Below are positions 26,852 to 35,045 of a stretch of DNA of 44,158 bases, one piece after another (positions within the stretch are counted from its first letter, which is position 1; each line of letters begins with the position of its first letter). The notes under the pieces were generated by a model that was given only the letters and a program-made list of their open reading frames with translations, was not told where the DNA came from and did no database searches. The position numbers and the translations under genes are program-made. Origin of the DNA: an uncultured Thermoplasmata archaeon (GTDB taxonomy: Archaea > Thermoplasmatota > Thermoplasmata > Halarchaeoplasmatales > Halarchaeoplasmataceae); the NCBI GenBank assembly GCA_964454575.1, contig CAYVTG010000001.1, positions 1 through 44,158 of the forward strand, given 5' to 3'.

Positions 26852-29110
26852 TTAGTCTTCCGGGTTACAATCTGGATTTGGGCATAATTCCCAAGGCTTT
26901 TTTCCCTTTTTGATTATCTTTACCATAGGTGCTCCGCAGTCAGGACATTTTTTATCAGCGTACTCCGCATTACCTGTTTGTGGTATAGGATATGTATTAT
27001 CACATTTAGGATAGTTTGAGCATCCGAGGAATCGTTTACTCCTGTAAGATCTCATCTCCAGCATATCTCCGCCGCATTTAGGACATATTCCGCGGAATCT
27101 TTTATCCTTAGAATACTTACAGTTGATATCTATGCACAATTCTTCGGAATCACCTTTGTGATATACTCTTATCTTCGGAGCGCCGCACTCCGGACATTCA
27201 CCGTCTCCGGATTTTACTGAACCGGAGCGTGGTAAGTTATACGTATTTTTGCAATCGGGATAGTTACTGCAGCCTACGAATCTACCGGTTTTTGATTTTC
27301 TGATCAACAGAGTACCTCCGCACTCCGGACATTCACCCAGTGAATTTTGGTCTTGAAGTGACTCTCTTAGCTCCTTCCTTATCTCTTCTTTATCCTTCTT
27401 TAAAGACGAAAGCACTTCTTTAAGCATATCTCGTGATTCTTCAGCCACTTTTTCCTTTGTCTGATCTGCTTCAGCTATCTTCTCCATATCCTCTTCCAGC
27501 GTTCGAGTCATCTCGGGTTTGGCCACCATATCCGCGTGGGCTTTTAGTGTTTGTACCACCGATTTACCCGAGAGAGTACCTCTGGGAGTTTTACCGGAGA
27601 TGAACCCACGGTCGTACAATTTCTGTATTATCGCGTGCCGGGTACTCTTGGTACCGAGACCGAGTTTGTCCATCTCCCGTATAAGCCCACCTTGAGTGTG
27701 ACGGTTGGGTGGTTTTGTTTCATCTTCTGTGATATCCACCTTTTTGAGTGTTACGTTTTCCTGCTCATTGAGTTCGGGAACGCTGTTTTCCCTAGGTCTG
27801 TAATAGGGATAATACTTCATCCAACCCTCTTCGGTCATCTGGTATCCGTCACTCTTGAATTTTTCGTCCCTGATATCGAATTCGGCCTTTCTTACCAGAG
27901 CCTTTCCCGGTGGAGACACAGTGACCATAAAGCGTCTGAGGATCATCTCGTATACTTTCCACTCCATCCCTTTGAGGTCCTTCTTTTTGGCCGCTTTGAT
28001 GGGATATATCGGCGGATGGTCGGTGGTCTGTTTTTTACCCTTGGTTGCACGTATCTTTTTCTGCTGCAGTATCTCTTCTATCTCTTTGGAAAGTTCGGAT
28101 TCCAGCAGCATCTCGAGATGACTCTTGAGATTTAGTGATGGAGGGTAAACGGTATTCTCCGTACGCGGATATGATACCCACCCGCTTTGATAAAGACTTT
28201 CAGCGATCTTCATAGCCTGGGCCGGACTCATGTCAAGTTTGGTAGCTTCTGAGAGAAATTGTGTTGTGTTGAATGGTGGGAGTGGCCATACAGTCTTCGT
28301 TTTTTCCGTGAAAGAGGTGGTTTTCGCCTCATCCGCTCCGTCCAATTTTTCGAATAACTTTTCCGCTCTGGCACTATCCCATATCCTTTTTTCTTCATGG
28401 TTGGCTTTGAATTCAAAATCCTTGAAAAGGATGGCCTCTATCTTCCAGTACGGGTCGGGCACAAATTTTTCGATCTCTTCATCTCGATCGATGATGAGCG
28501 CTAAAGTCGGGCTCTGTACTCTTCCTGCAGATATGAAGTTTTTACCGTATCGTCCGGCGGTTTTAGACAGAAATCTGGTGAGTACTGCACCCCATGCAAG
28601 ATCTATCTCTTGTCTAGCTTCGGCTGATTCCGCAAGCTTAATATCTAACTCTTTTAGATCATCGAATGCACTCTCAAGCTCTGATTTTGACAGTGAGCTG
28701 AACTTTGCTCTTTTTACCTCTATATCCGGTACCTCTGTAAGCAGCAATCTTATGGCTTCCAAACCGATCAATTCACCTTCTCTGTCGTAATCCGTTGCAA
28801 CGATGGCTCTATCAGCCTTTTTTCCACTTTTCTTTAATAGTGAAACTATCCTTGATTCGGTGATAAACTTTTCAGGTTCCGCGTCTATAAGATCTTCTTC
28901 GTCTACCTTTCCCCACTGATTGTATTTCTTAGGATAATCGAACTCTACTATGTGACCTCTCAGTCCGATCACTGTATAATCATCATTTCCTCTCTTGAAC
29001 TCGAAATAAGGGACCTTATGAAATTGCTTCCGTTTCTGTTTACCATCGGAAAGTAGAAACGCTATGCGGGATGCGGCACTGTTCTTTTCGCAGATTACCA
29101 ATGTATTCAT
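26852..29110 (-). CDS. topA: DNA topoisomerase, type IA, with four C-terminal zinc ribbons
   Basis: Toprim domain MNTLVICEKNS...VATDYDREGE. Active-site region SLYQSGWVSYPRTEN. Also GRVQSPTL. Four CPxCG...C-type zinc ribbons follow at the C-terminus. Confidence 0.93.
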   Translation of the reverse strand: MNTLVICEKNSAASRIAFLLSDGKQKRKQFHKVPYFEFKRGNDDYTVIGLRGHIVEFDYPKKYNQWGKVDEEDLIDAEPEKFITESRIVSLLKKSGKKADRAIVATDYDREGELIGLEAIRLLLTEVPDIEVKRAKFSSLSKSELESAFDDLKELDIKLAESAEARQEIDLAWGAVLTRFLSKTAGRYGKNFISAGRVQSPTLALIIDRDEEIEKFVPDPYWKIEAILFKDFEFKANHEEKRIWDSARAEKLFEKLDGADEAKTTSFTEKTKTVWPLPPFNTTQFLSEATKLDMSPAQAMKIAESLYQSGWVSYPRTENTVYPPSLNLKSHLEMLLESELSKEIEEILQQKKIRATKGKKQTTDHPPIYPIKAAKKKDLKGMEWKVYEMILRRFMVTVSPPGKALVRKAEFDIRDEKFKSDGYQMTEEGWMKYYPYYRPRENSVPELNEQENVTLKKVDITEDETKPPNRHTQGGLIREMDKLGLGTKSTRHAIIQKLYDRGFISGKTPRGTLSGKSVVQTLKAHADMVAKPEMTRTLEEDMEKIAEADQTKEKVAEESRDMLKEVLSSLKKDKEEIRKELRESLQDQNSLGECPECGGTLLIRKSKTGRFVGCSNYPDCKNTYNLPRSGSVKSGDGECPECGAPKIRVYHKGDSEELCIDINCKYSKDKRFRGICPKCGGDMLEMRSYRSKRFLGCSNYPKCDNTYPIPQTGNAEYADKKCPDCGAPMVKIIKKGKKPWELCPNPDCNPED

Positions 29111-29151
29111 CGTCTTCGGCTTAGACCCCCTTATCTATATAACATTTAGGT

Positions 29152-31269
29152 TTACTCGGGAGGTTCCAATTCTTCACCGCAGTGAGGGCATTCGGTAGAA
29201 TCTGCGGGGATGACTTCTACACAATTTGGGCAAAGGCCCTTGTCTACACCATACATGGCCGGTGTTTCTTCTTCGGATCTATCTTCCTCTAAATCATCAT
29301 CCGCCATCTCTTCGTCGGATCCATCTTCTTCTTGAGAAGATGTCCTTTTCTTATATATATATATGATTGACAGCACGACGATGATCAACAGAATTAGCAG
29401 CAGGAAAAAGAGCCAGCTCCATATGCCCTCCCCATCTCCGGTCAATCCGTTATCCCCATTATCTCCATTATCATCGTCATCGGTTTGGGGAAATTCTGCG
29501 TATATTGTTAGTTCCTGGCTGTTGGCAGAATTGCCTCTGACATCCTCTGCGGATACCCACGCCCTTATTTCTCCCTCTATCATCACTTCCGAGTATTCCA
29601 ACTCGAAGACGTATATACCGGACTCCGTTTCGTTCATCTCGAATCGTTCGTCGGTTAGATTGAATCCGTCGATATGCAGATAAACGGTATCAAGATCGTC
29701 ATCGGGATCCGTCACGTTAGCAGTGAAGTATAACCGATTCCCGTCTTCCAAGGTAAAATTAGTCTCGGTGGAAATATTAAGTGTACTAGTTCCCACGCCC
29801 GCATGTGTGATCTCCGGCGGTCTCTCGATGAGAGTTATAGTCAAACCATCGCTATCGGCCGTGAACCCTTCTTCATCGGTGGCTCGTATCGAGAGTTCCC
29901 ACGAACTGGCAGACATGTTCCTGTCGTATAAGATGGTGGCACTGTATATATCCGAAGATATCTCCTCCATCTCGATCTCTTCATCGGCGTATTCCAGGAT
30001 GACTTCCACCAGATCTCCGTCGGGGTCGACCACTTCTGCGTTAACGGTAAAGTTGGCTCCGTCCCTTAGTATCATGTCTGCAGCACCGTTTCCTTCGTCC
30101 GTATCACTGTATATCGATGTTTGAAGTATCTGAGGTGCTTCCTTTCCAAGATAGGTATAGAATATATCGTACTGGAAAGTGAGATTCTCAGATGCCGAAG
30201 GATGTCTTTCTTCCCAAACTATCTGGTCTTGGTATATCGCAGGGAACCTGGCCACGACTCCCTCGGTTTCTCCCACATCGACCTTTGCTACGCGTGTTTT
30301 TGTGTTCTCCAAAATATCGTAGATCCATATGGCATCATGAACATGATCAACCCCTTCATAATATCTCTCGAAGAAGATTATCCTACCTCCGTATATCTCT
30401 GGAGCCTCTTCGCTGGATGGTTCAGCGGAAACAACAGTTTTGTTTTCGCCTAGACGCTTCATGTATATGTTGTTGTTCTTTCCTTCGTATTCTATCCATG
30501 TGGCAGTATTTTTATATATACTGGGATTACGTTGATGTATGGGTTCCTCGATAAAGGGAGATTCTTCTTCAGTATTGAGATCATACATGTATATATCTGA
30601 AACCATCGTTTCGTAAACTCCTGTCCAGTAGTTACGATAATCTGTCCAGACGATCGTGTCTTCGTAAATATCAGGGTTTTCTTTTCTATGTCTCCCATCC
30701 GAGATCACAATTGTTTCATCTTCTTGTATATCGTACATGTATATGTCACCGAACATATTATCTGTGTAATCTCCCCAGACTATCTTCTCTCCGTGTATCT
30801 TTGGCGATATTTGGTCGCTTCCATGGGTGGTTACACGGTGTTCCGTCATGGTGTTGAGGTCTATGTAGTAAATATCCGCATTACCGTGGCGGTAATCTTC
30901 CCAAACAACGTAATTTTCCCATATACGCGGTTTGATCTGGGCGGATGGATCATCGGTCAATTGTATTATATCTCCGGTTGAGAGATCATGCATATATATA
31001 TCTGAATTTCTGTAGTACGGGCTGCCGTACCCGCCAAGAGGATCGTTTCTATAATCCTCCCAAACTATCCTGTTACCCCATATATCTGCTCTCATCTGCC
31101 AGTTTTCATCTGCTGTGATGTTTGCATATTGATCGGAATTTGCGGTCATATCTCGCGGTACACCACGGCCTAACTCCGATGCGGTGCAAACTACACTTGA
31201 TACCAGCATGATAAACAATGTTATAACCGTGACGACCTTTCCTATGTGCATGATACTCAAAGATTCCAC
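29152..31269 (-). CDS. Surface protein: signal peptide, beta-propeller built from IVWxDYR...DIYmyDL repeats, two Ig-like domains, DNG linker, TM helix, acidic cytoplasmic tail, zinc ribbon
   Basis: About eight repeats such as NRIVWEDYRNDP...SDIYMHDLSTG, NYVVWEDYRHGNADIYYIDLNT, EKIVWGDYTDNMFGDIYMYDIQ and DTIVWTDYRNYW...SDIYMYDLNT. From memory this is the archaeal beta-propeller repeat seen in methanogen surface proteins. TM helix IWSWLFFLLLILLIIVVLSIIYIY. Tail CPNC-x10-CPHC. Confidence 0.85.
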   Translation of the reverse strand: MESLSIMHIGKVVTVITLFIMLVSSVVCTASELGRGVPRDMTANSDQYANITADENWQMRADIWGNRIVWEDYRNDPLGGYGSPYYRNSDIYMHDLSTGDIIQLTDDPSAQIKPRIWENYVVWEDYRHGNADIYYIDLNTMTEHRVTTHGSDQISPKIHGEKIVWGDYTDNMFGDIYMYDIQEDETIVISDGRHRKENPDIYEDTIVWTDYRNYWTGVYETMVSDIYMYDLNTEEESPFIEEPIHQRNPSIYKNTATWIEYEGKNNNIYMKRLGENKTVVSAEPSSEEAPEIYGGRIIFFERYYEGVDHVHDAIWIYDILENTKTRVAKVDVGETEGVVARFPAIYQDQIVWEERHPSASENLTFQYDIFYTYLGKEAPQILQTSIYSDTDEGNGAADMILRDGANFTVNAEVVDPDGDLVEVILEYADEEIEMEEISSDIYSATILYDRNMSASSWELSIRATDEEGFTADSDGLTITLIERPPEITHAGVGTSTLNISTETNFTLEDGNRLYFTANVTDPDDDLDTVYLHIDGFNLTDERFEMNETESGIYVFELEYSEVMIEGEIRAWVSAEDVRGNSANSQELTIYAEFPQTDDDDNGDNGDNGLTGDGEGIWSWLFFLLLILLIIVVLSIIYIYKKRTSSQEEDGSDEEMADDDLEEDRSEEETPAMYGVDKGLCPNCVEVIPADSTECPHCGEELEPPE
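29179..29232 (-). other. Cytoplasmic C-terminal zinc ribbon (C-x2-C-x10-C-x2-C) after a D/E-rich tail
   Basis: GLCPNCVEVIPADSTECPHCGEELEPPE, read directly from the minus strand. Confidence 0.7.
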
Positions 31270-31390
31270 CGGTTATTAAGTATTTTTCGTAGAAATCTAT
31301 TCAAGTTCTGTGTCATAAAGTTTATATTAGAAAACCCATCTACTTGAGGTAAGATACGAAAAATTAACATACATATTGGAGGAAATAATA

Positions 31391-33658
31391 ATGAACAAGA
31401 ACATGAAAAGAGGTATGTGTCTTCTGCTTATCAGCGCACTGGTACTGACCAGTTTTGTTGGTGTGATAGCAGGAAATATACTACCGCACGAAAGATGGGG
31501 AAACGCAGACATCGATGGCGTGGATGCCGCCGATAATCTGGAGATCACCTCATGGATATACGGTGTGGAATACGGCTCCAACATAACATATAATGGAGAC
31601 GGATCATTTTCGGTATTCACCGAAGGTGATGATGAAACCGATACCACCTGCAAATACGGTGGAGTGAACGGAGATACGATATTCTACATGATAGACAACA
31701 CGGGCGATGGGAAACCGGACCTGATAGCTAACGAAGTGAGCACATTTGACTCGGGCGCGAGCGAGAACGCCAATCTGAACTTCGCTACTACCGGTCAGCC
31801 TGATATGAACATCAAGATAAACGAGATCGTACTTCAGCCCGGAGATGCGGGTAACCAGTACGTTTACCTCTACGTCCCCGTTGGTATTACATTAGCCGAA
31901 TGGACGCTTGAGACCCATGCGGGAGTTATCGGTACGCTCGATGTATTGACAACCGCTGCACATCCAACCGACGGAGAATTACTCTATGTTGATCTCGGCG
32001 GAGTTCCATTGGGAACCGGCCCTGGACATCTTATGCTCTCATGGCAGGCATCCGGCGGTATCGCAAATAATGCTCTGATCACACTTGACCGAGTAGAGTA
32101 TGGAAATCAGGATACATCTCCTGAAAACACCACACACGTTGATTACCCCGGTGTACCCGGCGCGGGCGAAGGACTCGTACGTGTCACAAAAGGCGTCGAC
32201 ACAGATGACAGCTCGGTTGACTTCACCATCGCTTCGGAGACCGGCAGACCCGTAACATTGACAACGGGCAGCACGGCGAATGGTTCGGTAACCACACCCG
32301 GTGAAGGAACATTTAACTATTTACAGTACGAATTAGTAGCAATCGAAGCGACCGCTGATGCGAACTATCACTTCGTCAACTGGACTGGTGATGTTGGTAC
32401 GATAACCGACGTTAACGCAGCATCGACCACGATCAACATGACCGCTTCTTACTCGATAACAGCTAACTTCGCGATAAACACACACACACTTACCACGACC
32501 AGCACGGTCGGCGGAAATGTAACGGATCCTGGTGAAGGAACGTTCACATATGACTACGGAACGGTTGTAAACATAACTGCAACACCGGACACAGATTATC
32601 ACTTCGTCAACTGGACTGGCGATGTTGGCACCATAGCCGACGTCAACGCAGCATCGACCACGATCAACATGACTGGAGATTATACGATCCAAGCCAACTT
32701 TGATCCAGATGCGGTTCTCAATACTGTAACCGGCATATGGGTAGAGAAGTCCGGCGCAGACCTGATCGTCCACTGGGACGATGTAGGCGCACCCGGATAC
32801 AACGTATACCACTCTGCAGACAAGTATGCTGTAATGCCTTGGACTCTCGTCGGAGATAATGTAGCAACCAATTATTTCACACACGCTGGCGCACTCGGCG
32901 GCGAAGACTACTACTACGTCCGAGCAACCGACGGCGAAGCCGAAGGAAACATGTCCGGCATGGGCTACTGCGTAGATGTAGAGTTCATCTATCACAGTGC
33001 ATCTCAACAGAGATACTACACCTCAGTACCCGCGGGCTTCCCAGACATGAACGGCGACGCTTCGCTGACGGCCAGTGACCTTGTGATCCACATAGAAGGT
33101 GGCACAGGCGACGGTACGAACACGAAGATCAGCAGGATAGGTAAGTGGGACGCTACGATAGGTGGATATAGCGAGAATTTCTACTACCAAGAAACTTTCG
33201 GTGGAAATGGATGGACCGGCGGTACCGACTTCACCATAGCACCCGGCGATGGTATAGTGTTCTTCGTCGAATCAACATTCACGTGGCAGGTCAATGCGAC
33301 AGACACGCAGGACGATATCGGATTCATCTATCACTCAGCTGCTCAACAGAGATACTACCTATCGGTACCATACACAGTGATGGACTACAACGGCGACGGT
33401 TCTTTGACGGCCAGCGATCTTGTTGAAGCAATAGAAGGTGGCACAGGCGACGGTACGAACACAAAGATCAGTAGGATTGGTAAGTGGGACGCTACGATAG
33501 GTGGATATAGCGAGAATTTCTACTACCAAGAAACTTTCGGTGGAAATGGATGGACCGGCGGTTCAGACTTTACCATAGCACCCGGAGACGGTATAGTGTT
33601 CTTCGTCGAATCGGACTTCACGTGGAACCCGATACTGATAATCCCACCGCAGCCGTGA
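31391..33658 (+). CDS. Secreted multidomain protein: signal peptide, N-terminal beta-rich region, two B-repeat-like units, Fn3-like domain, two copies of a 113-aa dockerin-loop module; no membrane anchor
   Basis: The ATG at 31391 is preceded by GGAGG (31379-31383). Signal peptide MNKNMKRGMCLLLISALVLTSFVGVIAG. Domains are listed as separate repeat features. It ends in the proline linker IIPPQP. Confidence 0.85.
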   Translation: MNKNMKRGMCLLLISALVLTSFVGVIAGNILPHERWGNADIDGVDAADNLEITSWIYGVEYGSNITYNGDGSFSVFTEGDDETDTTCKYGGVNGDTIFYMIDNTGDGKPDLIANEVSTFDSGASENANLNFATTGQPDMNIKINEIVLQPGDAGNQYVYLYVPVGITLAEWTLETHAGVIGTLDVLTTAAHPTDGELLYVDLGGVPLGTGPGHLMLSWQASGGIANNALITLDRVEYGNQDTSPENTTHVDYPGVPGAGEGLVRVTKGVDTDDSSVDFTIASETGRPVTLTTGSTANGSVTTPGEGTFNYLQYELVAIEATADANYHFVNWTGDVGTITDVNAASTTINMTASYSITANFAINTHTLTTTSTVGGNVTDPGEGTFTYDYGTVVNITATPDTDYHFVNWTGDVGTIADVNAASTTINMTGDYTIQANFDPDAVLNTVTGIWVEKSGADLIVHWDDVGAPGYNVYHSADKYAVMPWTLVGDNVATNYFTHAGALGGEDYYYVRATDGEAEGNMSGMGYCVDVEFIYHSASQQRYYTSVPAGFPDMNGDASLTASDLVIHIEGGTGDGTNTKISRIGKWDATIGGYSENFYYQETFGGNGWTGGTDFTIAPGDGIVFFVESTFTWQVNATDTQDDIGFIYHSAAQQRYYLSVPYTVMDYNGDGSLTASDLVEAIEGGTGDGTNTKISRIGKWDATIGGYSENFYYQETFGGNGWTGGSDFTIAPGDGIVFFVESDFTWNPILIIPPQP
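32278..32701 (+). repeat. Tandem 77-codon repeat encoding YHFVNWTGDVGT...TINMT...ANF units (InlB B-repeat-like fold suspected)
   Basis: NYHFVNWTGDVGTITDVNAASTTINMTASYSITANF and DYHFVNWTGDVGTIADVNAASTTINMTGDYTIQANF lie 231 nt apart. The DNA is also very similar between the two units. Confidence 0.75.
32978..33655 (+). repeat. Two tandem copies (339-nt period) of an unrecognised 113-aa module with a dockerin/EF-hand-like Ca-binding loop
   Basis: VEFIYHSASQQRYYTSVPAGFPDMNGDASLTASDLVIHIEGGTGDGTNTKISRIGKWDATIGGYSENFYYQETFGGNGWTGGTDFTIAPGDGIVFFVESTFTW, followed by a second copy. An 84-nt run is perfectly identical between them (33140-33223 = 33479-33562). Confidence 0.9.
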
Positions 33659-33709
33659 GGTGCAACGAAAAAGATATATACATAAAGATAAGATAAGGAG
33701 ACGATAAAA

Positions 33710-34654
33710 ATGAAAAAGATACTAACGATCGCGGTGGTGCTGGGCATGGCTTTAGTCATGCTCTCCGGCGCCACTGCGGGATACGGAGAAACATTGCAAG
33801 GATCTACACAAGATGCCTACGATGGAACCAAACTGGATGGAGGAAATTGTACAGTAGTACATGTTCAGGACCCTGGAGATACACCGGTTTACAGCGGTAG
33901 TTTTGCTACTGGCGGTTTTGGCGATTACAGCTGGGATGCGACGGTTCTAACAGAGGCTGGTTGGGTCACTGTACCAAATACAGCCGGCGAAGACCTATAC
34001 TTCATCAAAGAAGTAGGTAACTACATCGCAGCAACACACGCCGACGTGACGGAAACAACCTCGATCAAAGCATCACAATACGACATGGTTGATCGCTTGG
34101 AACCAATACCAACACCTGAAGCAAATGCTGTTGGCTCAGATTATATCAATCTGACTATACCCGCACCCAAATATACGGATGCTTCACTAAGTGTCGGTGG
34201 TTCAACTGGACAGGGTACTTTTGATGTAGTTACAAGCTACGCTGTATTTTACACCGACGATGCTGGTGCAACATGGACTTACGCAGGAAACGCAGAACAT
34301 TTCGTTGACGGCCCAGATAACCCATTGGAACCTAGTTACGATGACGCTATTAACCCCGACGGTATCGATACTGGCCACTATACATTCAACACATCTACAG
34401 ACGGCGGCCTAACCCTTAACCCCGAAACAACCTACAATTTTGCTGTACGTGTCAACATCGGCCCAGCCGGAACAGGATACGGCGGATGGAACGGTGGTGT
34501 GGGCTCGTATACAACCTGGACAATGGGAACATCATCAGCCGACATAACAACTGACCCAGCATCCGAATTCGGAATCGGTATGATGGTACCTGTTGTAGCT
34601 ATAATCGGTATGTTCGTTGCTTTCACCGTCTACAGACGGAAGAAGTACGAGTAG
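33710..34654 (+). CDS. Surface protein with signal peptide, Fn3-like region and a C-terminal SEFG/TM/RRKKYE tripartite sorting signal; likely archaeosortase cargo
   Basis: Signal peptide MKKILTIAVVLGMALVMLSGATAG. Tail DPASEFGIGMMVPVVAIIGMFVAFTVYRRKKYE. AAGGAG lies at 33694-33699. Oligo-T tracts follow the stop. Confidence 0.85.
   Translation: MKKILTIAVVLGMALVMLSGATAGYGETLQGSTQDAYDGTKLDGGNCTVVHVQDPGDTPVYSGSFATGGFGDYSWDATVLTEAGWVTVPNTAGEDLYFIKEVGNYIAATHADVTETTSIKASQYDMVDRLEPIPTPEANAVGSDYINLTIPAPKYTDASLSVGGSTGQGTFDVVTSYAVFYTDDAGATWTYAGNAEHFVDGPDNPLEPSYDDAINPDGIDTGHYTFNTSTDGGLTLNPETTYNFAVRVNIGPAGTGYGGWNGGVGSYTTWTMGTSSADITTDPASEFGIGMMVPVVAIIGMFVAFTVYRRKKYE
34562..34651 (+). other. C-terminal tripartite signal SEFG / hydrophobic helix / RRKKYE (PEF-CTERM-like)
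   Basis: The SEFG codons are at 34562-34573, followed by IGMMVPVVAIIGMFVAFTVY and RRKKYE. Confidence 0.7.
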
Positions 34655-34683
34655 CTGAACTGGTAAAACCCAAACAAAACCCC

Positions 34684-34703
34684 TTTCTTTTTTTAATTTT
34701 TTT
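34684..34703 (+). terminator. Oligo-T tracts (T3-C-T7-AA-T7) 30 nt after the stop of the SEF-tailed surface protein gene
   Basis: Archaeal termination commonly uses oligo-T runs, and two T7 runs sit here. The tract is also the 5' part of repeat copy 1. Confidence 0.45.
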
Positions 34704-34756
34704 GTTCTAAATTAAAAAATAAGCAGAATCCGTCATGATTGTGCGGCATCTTTCAT
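34689..34756 (+). repeat. 68-bp direct repeat, copy 1 (T-tracts, TATA-like TAAATTAAAA, then ATGATTGTGCGGCAT)
   Basis: 63 of 68 positions are identical to 34921-34988 by my position-by-position count. The offset is 232 nt. Confidence 0.9.
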
Positions 34757-34920
34757 CGTTGCGATGAAAGGTAAGTGGAACCGGCTCAGGTTGCGCGGCA
34801 TTTTTTTATTATTTTTTTGTTTTTTCAAATAATAAAATAATTAGAATTTTCAATTCTGATACATTTTTTTCTATTTTTTTAAATAGAAAAAAGCATCGAA
34901 AATCTTCGATTTTGGATAAG

Positions 34921-34988
34921 TTTTTTAATTTTTTTGTTCTAAATTAAAAGATAAGCAGAATCAGTTATGATTGCGCGGCATTTTTCAT
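34921..34988 (+). repeat. 68-bp direct repeat, copy 2, immediately upstream of the archaeosortase gene
   Basis: Same count as above. The 15-mer TTGCGCGGCATTTTT (34971-34985) also recurs exactly at 34791-34805. Confidence 0.9.
34941..34952 (+). promoter_or_regulatory. TATA-like box of repeat copy 2; candidate archaeosortase promoter
   Basis: AAATTAAAAGAT lies about 20-27 nt upstream of ATG 34967 and TTG 34971. This is the same geometry as the TATA-to-start spacing seen at 15723, 15399 and 18563. Confidence 0.4.
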
Positions 34989-35045
34989 TTTTCACACACT
35001 CTTCTACACAAACTATTTTTAGGCACCTACCGCTTATTGTTATAT

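Noticed and set aside
32333-33007. 224-aa ORF on the minus strand inside the 31391-33658 gene. Similar long antisense ORFs occur at 17497-18042, 28230-28790, 38355-38876, 13590-14003, 27551-28135 and 35027-35473.
   Set aside because: They lie antisense to confidently recognised genes. Their Ser/Cys/Arg/Val-rich, low-complexity translations are what the reverse complement of GAN/GGN-rich acidic coding sequence produces. They have no motifs and no plausible starts.
34689-34988. Direct repeats in the AT-rich spacer considered as a CRISPR array or a mobile-element terminus
   Set aside because: There are only two full copies 232 nt apart plus one 15-nt fragment, with no regular repeat-spacer periodicity. 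There are no cas, transposase or integrase genes and no inverted terminal repeats.
34971-35045. ORF-track start (TTG 34971) for the archaeosortase
   Set aside because: The extra 25 residues (MRGIFHFSHTLLHKLFLGTYRLLLY) overlap the duplicated promoter-like module and do not look like a native N-terminus. The ATG at 35046 (MSKLKTWRFFAG) is preferred, but the in-frame extension cannot be excluded.
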